Shown piece by piece: positions 59,070-64,000 of a DNA stretch of 64,000 nucleotides. The stretch spans positions 2,554 to 66,553 of the forward strand of contig JAUYKQ010000010.1 of assembly GCA_030699905.1 (NCBI GenBank). The letters run 5' to 3'. Position 1 is the stretch's first letter; every line of letters starts with the position of its first letter. Source of the DNA: a bacterium. GTDB taxonomy: Bacteria; Patescibacteriota; Minisyncoccia; Phycocordibacterales; GCA-002787175. Below the pieces are notes generated by a model. That model was not told the DNA's origin, ran no database searches, and was given only the letters and a program-made list of their open reading frames with translations. Both the position numbers and the translations under genes were made by a program.

Positions 59070-60817
59070 ATATTTGTTTGATGGGATTCCAGCCATAGCT
59101 CAAGACAGAAAAGTACCCAGACCTTGTAATACATACCCTTGTTTTTTTTACTGTAAAAAAGGGAAACAATCTCTCGCACGGCTTCTTTTTCAAGAAATTC
59201 ATACACATGCGCCGTGTTCCCGAATTTTTCCAGAATAAGCGTTTTCAGTTCCTTTGTACGCAACCATTCTTCAACCGGCGCGCCAAAACCTTGTTTTCGC
59301 CGATAGACAAATTCTTTCGGCATGATTTCAGCGAGGATTTCCTTCAAAATGATTTTGTTTTCGTTTTTGTTCATCTTGTACTCTATCGGCAGATTATACA
59401 CGAATTCAGCCAGTTTATAATCAAGAAAAGGGGAGCGTACCTCAAGTCCGTGCATCATGCTCATCCTGTCTATCTTGGTTAAAAGCTGTCCGGGAAGATA
59501 CACGGACAAATCAAAAAGATTTATCTTTTCAATATCATTCAAACCCTCGAAACTTTTGAGATTGAAATCCGACGAACTTTTCTGTCCGCGAAGTTTTCTT
59601 ATCTCCCCGGGAGTGAAAATAGATATGTTTTTCAAGTATCCTTTAAATGGGCTAAGAAACAGTTTTTGGAAAGTGTGTTTTTTCCACGAAAGGTGCCAGT
59701 GCTTCTGATACCAGCCGTATCCCATGAATAGTTCGTCCGCGCCGTCTCCGGAGAGGGCGACCTTGACCCTCTCCGAAGCGAATTTAGAAAGGAGGGATTG
59801 AGGAAAGAGAGATGAATCCGCGTGAGGTTCGTCAAGGTATTTCAAACAATCTTTTAAGACGTCAATCTGGTCTTCGCTGGCTTGGAGAGTGAAATGGTCT
59901 GTGCCTATTTTGTCAGATGCTTCTTTGGCGTATGGCAATTCGTTTCGGTGCGACCCGTATCCCAAGGAGAAAGTTTTAATCGGTAAAGGTGAAAATTTTT
60001 GAGCGTATGCCGTCACCATAGTTGAATCAACTCCTCCCGATAAAAAGCTTCCAATTTCCACATCAGCCACCATTCTTTTCCTAACCGCTTCGGTAAAAAG
60101 TTTTTTTATTTCTTCTTTGGCGTCTTCGTAAGTAATATCCAAGGGTCTCTGCTCCGGTTGCCAGTATCTACTTTTTTGAAGCTTGCCGTTTTCGTATACG
60201 GCGTATTCGGCAGGGGAGAGTGTGAAGATGTTTTTATAAACCGTCTTCCACGGCGGAATATACATGAGGGTGAGGTAGTCGTCTATGGCTTCAGGTGATA
60301 TCTCGCCCTTAATCTTTCCGGATGCAAAAAGGGCTTTTATTTCCGATGCTACCAAGAGGTTATTTGAATCATCGTAGGCGTAATAAATGGGCTTCTTTCC
60401 GAAACGATCGCGAGCCATGAAAAGCTTCTGCTTTCCTTCGTCCCAAATTGCAAAAGCGAACATGCCATCCAAATATTTCGGGCAGTCGGTTCCGTATTCC
60501 TGATATGCTTTGAGGATTACTTCAGTGTCGGAGTTGGTGCTAAAAATGTAACCTTTCGTTTGAAAATCCATTTTCAGTTCTTTGTAATTGTATATTTCTC
60601 CGTTGAAACTTATGGCGATATTTCGCTTATTGTCGCGCATCGGCTGATGCCCGCCGGAGAGGTCTATTATGGAGAGACGAGTTTGCCCCAAAATACAGTT
60701 GGGGAATTCCAATATGCCTTTATCGTCCGGCCCTCTTTTTTCAAGAGAAGCAATCATTGCATTTGTATTTATGCGACAATCCGACGATTTTTTTACTATT
60801 GCGATAATTCCACACAT
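59066..60817 (-). CDS. asnB: Asparagine synthase-type amidotransferase
   Basis: MCGI, RLSIID, FNGEIYN, LSGGVDS, SGDGADE. Confidence 0.95.
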   Translation of the reverse strand: MCGIIAIVKKSSDCRINTNAMIASLEKRGPDDKGILEFPNCILGQTRLSIIDLSGGHQPMRDNKRNIAISFNGEIYNYKELKMDFQTKGYIFSTNSDTEVILKAYQEYGTDCPKYLDGMFAFAIWDEGKQKLFMARDRFGKKPIYYAYDDSNNLLVASEIKALFASGKIKGEISPEAIDDYLTLMYIPPWKTVYKNIFTLSPAEYAVYENGKLQKSRYWQPEQRPLDITYEDAKEEIKKLFTEAVRKRMVADVEIGSFLSGGVDSTMVTAYAQKFSPLPIKTFSLGYGSHRNELPYAKEASDKIGTDHFTLQASEDQIDVLKDCLKYLDEPHADSSLFPQSLLSKFASERVKVALSGDGADELFMGYGWYQKHWHLSWKKHTFQKLFLSPFKGYLKNISIFTPGEIRKLRGQKSSSDFNLKSFEGLNDIEKINLFDLSVYLPGQLLTKIDRMSMMHGLEVRSPFLDYKLAEFVYNLPIEYKMNKNENKIILKEILAEIMPKEFVYRRKQGFGAPVEEWLRTKELKTLILEKFGNTAHVYEFLEKEAVREIVSLFYSKKNKGMYYKVWVLFCLELWLESHQTNI

Positions 60818-60854
60818 ATAGATTAGTCCATAAAGTCGAAAGTTTAAGATTGAT

Positions 60855-61730
60855 TTAAAGTTTTAACCAACTATGGGGAATAATATCTGCTGGTTCAGTC
60901 GTCTTATCTAAAAACCATTTTTTAGGAGCAATTACGGTCTTATTTGCATTTTCATTTAACCACGCACCCCACCAGCTAAAACTAGAATTTGCAATAATAT
61001 TACTTTTACACTTCGTCATTAGTATCATCTCTTCAAAGTCGCTAAGCGAAAAGTCAGATGCAAATACGGGGCTATTTAAGAAATGCAAATTATTCTTCAC
61101 CCAATCAGTGTCATCCGAGAATACATAGAATTTCGGGTTAGGATATTTTTTGCCGATCTCGTTTACGGCTTTATTGTAATATTCTGCGGAACATAACCCG
61201 TAATTTTTTAAAAGTTCGGGATTTGAAACATAATCTCCTCTCCGTATATGGATCGATACCGAATCAGATGAAGCGATCTCTTCAATCCTCTGCGACATTT
61301 CTGGAGGGATTTCCTTTAGTGTAAATTCCCTCCGAATCGTCTCTTCAATGTCTTTGAAATATTTTTCGCTCTGCCAATACCCATCCATGTACACATCGTC
61401 CTTTAATTCAAGTACGTGAGGATTAAAACCGAATCCCTTCTCTGTTATATAAATGGAGCTGTCGGCGACCATTCTGTTGTATATAAATCTGAAATATCTG
61501 ATATTACTTTTCTTATATATCTTGAAACGTCGGATATCCTTTTTCGAGGCATTGTCTCCCGTTATGTTAAATTTATCAAGCGAAAATGACCGCACGGTGG
61601 AATTTCCACCTCCACTGAAAAAACTCAAATCAAGTTTAAGCTCGGCCTTGTTTACTTTCGCCACTCTTCGCGCCGTTGCATACTGAAACATCTGATTGCC
61701 GAGACCTCCCATTAGTTTAACCATTATCAT
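60855..61730 (-). CDS. GT11 alpha-1,2-fucosyltransferase
   Basis: GGLGNQMFQ, HIRRGDY, NSSFSWWGAW. Confidence 0.93.
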   Translation of the reverse strand: MIMVKLMGGLGNQMFQYATARRVAKVNKAELKLDLSFFSGGGNSTVRSFSLDKFNITGDNASKKDIRRFKIYKKSNIRYFRFIYNRMVADSSIYITEKGFGFNPHVLELKDDVYMDGYWQSEKYFKDIEETIRREFTLKEIPPEMSQRIEEIASSDSVSIHIRRGDYVSNPELLKNYGLCSAEYYNKAVNEIGKKYPNPKFYVFSDDTDWVKNNLHFLNSPVFASDFSLSDFEEMILMTKCKSNIIANSSFSWWGAWLNENANKTVIAPKKWFLDKTTEPADIIPHSWLKL

Positions 61731-62620
61731 ACGAATTTTTTTAAAAACTTTCTGTAATTTCTCTGCTTCATGTGAATGAAAAAAGCTCGCGGAAGACGGA
61801 TTAGGAGCAAGAGGGCGCATAGAGGGCGGTACGAAGTTCCTTTCAGGGCTTCCATATGGCTTTTGAAGTAGGTGTCAAACCGGCCATAAGGGAACATGTG
61901 GTTTTTCGGGTCTTTTATGATTATTCTTTTCACCGAGCTTACGCTGTCATTTTTGGTTGAATTGGGACTTGAAAATCCGCCGTGCCTTTTTTTGAAAAGC
62001 ACTCGCGAATCCACATAGACCTTAAAACGACTCACAACCGCCAAACTGAAATGATAATCCGAACCCCACTCTCTTTTTTGCGGATAGATTTCCCACGCTT
62101 TTCGTACGACTTCGGTTTTGAAAAGGGCGTACATAAAGTGGTTTTTTCCCAATATTTCCGGCTGGAGAACATATTTCGTTACCTGCCTTATCCCCGGTTT
62201 TCCGGAAAACTTTGTGAATTCCGTCATTTCTCGTAAATTTCTGCCGTAAGAATCCACGTCCGCGACGACTGTTTGCGCGACATCAACGTTTCTTTTTTCT
62301 ATATTTTCAACGCACACTTTGATAAAGTCCTTTTCCCAGATGTCATCGTGAGAGGCCCACATGAAATATGGCGTATCTGCTTGGTCCATTACAAATTTTA
62401 AGTTGGGAAACATTCCCAGATTTTTTTCTTGTTTGCAGTATTTCACTCGCGCGTCTCTTCTCATGTATTCCATGCATATTTTTTCCGTAGTGTCTTTGGA
62501 CGCGTCATTGGATATGAAAAGGGTAATGTCCCTAAACGACTGACCAAGAAGGGACTCTATGGCTTGTCGCATAGTCGCTTCTCCGTTATATACAGGCATT
62601 CCTATAAATACTTTTGACAT
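61727..62620 (-). CDS. Glycosyltransferase family 2
   Basis: MPVYNG, ASHDD. Confidence 0.88.
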   Translation of the reverse strand: MSKVFIGMPVYNGEATMRQAIESLLGQSFRDITLFISNDASKDTTEKICMEYMRRDARVKYCKQEKNLGMFPNLKFVMDQADTPYFMWASHDDIWEKDFIKVCVENIEKRNVDVAQTVVADVDSYGRNLREMTEFTKFSGKPGIRQVTKYVLQPEILGKNHFMYALFKTEVVRKAWEIYPQKREWGSDYHFSLAVVSRFKVYVDSRVLFKKRHGGFSSPNSTKNDSVSSVKRIIIKDPKNHMFPYGRFDTYFKSHMEALKGTSYRPLCALLLLIRLPRAFFIHMKQRNYRKFLKKFV

Positions 62621-62623
62621 AAG

Positions 62624-63322
62624 TTATTTGACCCTTTTTAAGTATCCGTTAACATTGAATGTCGCGTTCTTACCGAACATATCGCAATATTTTATATCAA
62701 CTTCAAAATTGCTGTCAGAATTTAAAAACTCTCTAATCGCCCTAAGAGGACCTCCATTAAATCCCTTTTCTTTGGACAGATAATTTACAATACCGTCTTC
62801 CACGATAAAATAGGAACCGATTGAAACGAGCGGGGCGAATTTGCGAAGGGCTCCAATAGTATCTTCATACATATGAGATCCGTCCTCTATTACGAGCACT
62901 TTAGAAAATCCTTTGGTTTCCTTGATATCATATTTCTCCCATCCTTCTGTGAACAGTTTAATTCTCGGATGCCGCGCCAGTGATTCGTCTGATTGTTTTT
63001 TTATGTCTATAGTGTGAATGGTTCCATGTCCCAGTGTTTCCATGATGTCTGCCATATACAGGGTCCCTCCACCTATGTTTGTTCCGATATCAATAACAAG
63101 GTCCGGCTTTACGGAACAAATTATCATCTGGTAAATTACATAATCAAAAGGGCATTTAAGAGCTGGAATTCCTCTGTAAGTAACCTCAAAATGTCCCGAG
63201 TAGATGGAGTTCGTGTCAAAATATATCTGCTCATTTTTCGGAGCAAACATGAATTGTTTTTTTAGTAACCGATAAATAAAAAACACTTTATCCGGCAAAA
63301 ATTTTCTTAGTATCTGTTTCAT
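62624..63322 (-). CDS. CmcI/rhamnosyl O-methyltransferase family
   Basis: KCPFD..IYQ, IGTNIGG, EDGSH, IVEDG. Confidence 0.88.
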   Translation of the reverse strand: MKQILRKFLPDKVFFIYRLLKKQFMFAPKNEQIYFDTNSIYSGHFEVTYRGIPALKCPFDYVIYQMIICSVKPDLVIDIGTNIGGGTLYMADIMETLGHGTIHTIDIKKQSDESLARHPRIKLFTEGWEKYDIKETKGFSKVLVIEDGSHMYEDTIGALRKFAPLVSIGSYFIVEDGIVNYLSKEKGFNGGPLRAIREFLNSDSNFEVDIKYCDMFGKNATFNVNGYLKRVK

Positions 63323-63378
63323 AAAATTCAGGATTTATAGTTTTTATATAGTCCCTCGGGGCAGATCCTCTGGGGACC

Positions 63379-63562
63379 ATATAAGCTCCTCGGCTCGCCC
63401 CGTTAGAAGCTTTGCTTCTAACGGGGCTCGGGAGTGAAAAGTCAAAGCACTTTTCACTCCTCTCGCATAACGATCGCTTATATAGACATACTATATAAGC
63501 TCCTCGGCTCGGGAGTGAAAAGTCAAAGCACTTTTCACTCCTCTCGCTCTACGTCGCTTATA
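63379..63562. repeat. Two tandem copies of a palindromic element, the first carrying a 29-bp nested palindrome
   Basis: tataagctcctcggctcg...ggagtgaaaagt-caaagc-acttttcactcc twice. Confidence 0.85.
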
Positions 63563-64000
63563 AACCATCCTTGGTCTCATAATCGCCACCCCAACAGGAT
63601 CTTATCCGTTTTAGTGTGCTGAAGGCCTCATCAATGGCTTTAAGTGCGTTATTGATGTTAAATTTACTGTCATAATATTTTTTTACTTTGCCATCTTTTT
63701 TGTCATTTAGCATCAGCATAATTTGATTGGCTATGTCGTCAGGGTCTAATCCGTCAAAGTAATAACCGTAATTTCCTAGTTGTTCAACGTGTCCCGGTAA
63801 GTTGGTACAAGCTACCGGACAATCCAACTCCGCTGCCTCAAGAAGAGGCATGTTGGTTGGTCCCAGCAACGTCGGCATGACCAGACCTTGAGATTTGTTG
63901 TAGAGCCAACGCAATTCTTCCAGTGAGACAAATCCCAAATCAATCACATTATTTTCCAGTTTCAGGTCAGTAATAGTTTTTAGTATGTACTTCTTGTTAC
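63558..64000 (-). CDS. Glycosyltransferase family 4 (partial, extends beyond window)
   Basis: MPTLLGPTNMPLLEA. Confidence 0.8.
   Translation of the reverse strand, partial: NKKYILKTITDLKLENNVIDLGFVSLEELRWLYNKSQGLVMPTLLGPTNMPLLEAAELDCPVACTNLPGHVEQLGNYGYYFDGLDPDDIANQIMLMLNDKKDGKVKKYYDSKFNINNALKAIDEAFSTLKRIRSCWGGDYETKDGL

Overview
Genomic window of a CPR/Patescibacteria (Parcubacteria-like) bacterium, genetic code 11. It holds the 3' end of the 23S rRNA (with an L2593 group I intron), a 5S rRNA doubled in length by an insertion, rodA, a sugar transferase, secD/secF, and an unlinked ~5.15 kb 16S rRNA gene. That 16S gene is interrupted by two group I introns with LAGLIDADG endonucleases (sites 793 and 1498), an ORF-less IIC-like group II intron (site 1397) and four modular hairpin insertions. 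Then come tRNA-Ile and a cell-wall/amino-acid ligation-type cluster (PLP enzyme, unannotated LysW-like Zn-ribbon protein, Mpl/MurC-like ligase, Arg-tRNA transferase-like protein, MraY, ATP-grasp-NlpC/P60 fusion). The rest is rsmI, a TraD/HerA-like ATPase and a ~32 kb glycan biosynthesis region with an intein-containing DegT aminotransferase. Most unusual: the rRNA introns carry stem-sealed RNA cargo (a Gly-body tRNA with a GAU anticodon, and an antisense promoter-sRNA-terminator cassette resembling 6S RNA); one group I intron ends in A; a family of mix-and-match palindromic elements sits in 16S, 23S and 5S; and ~135 nt of conserved 16S is missing at one such element. All calls come from reading the sequence and recalled family motifs; no searches were run.
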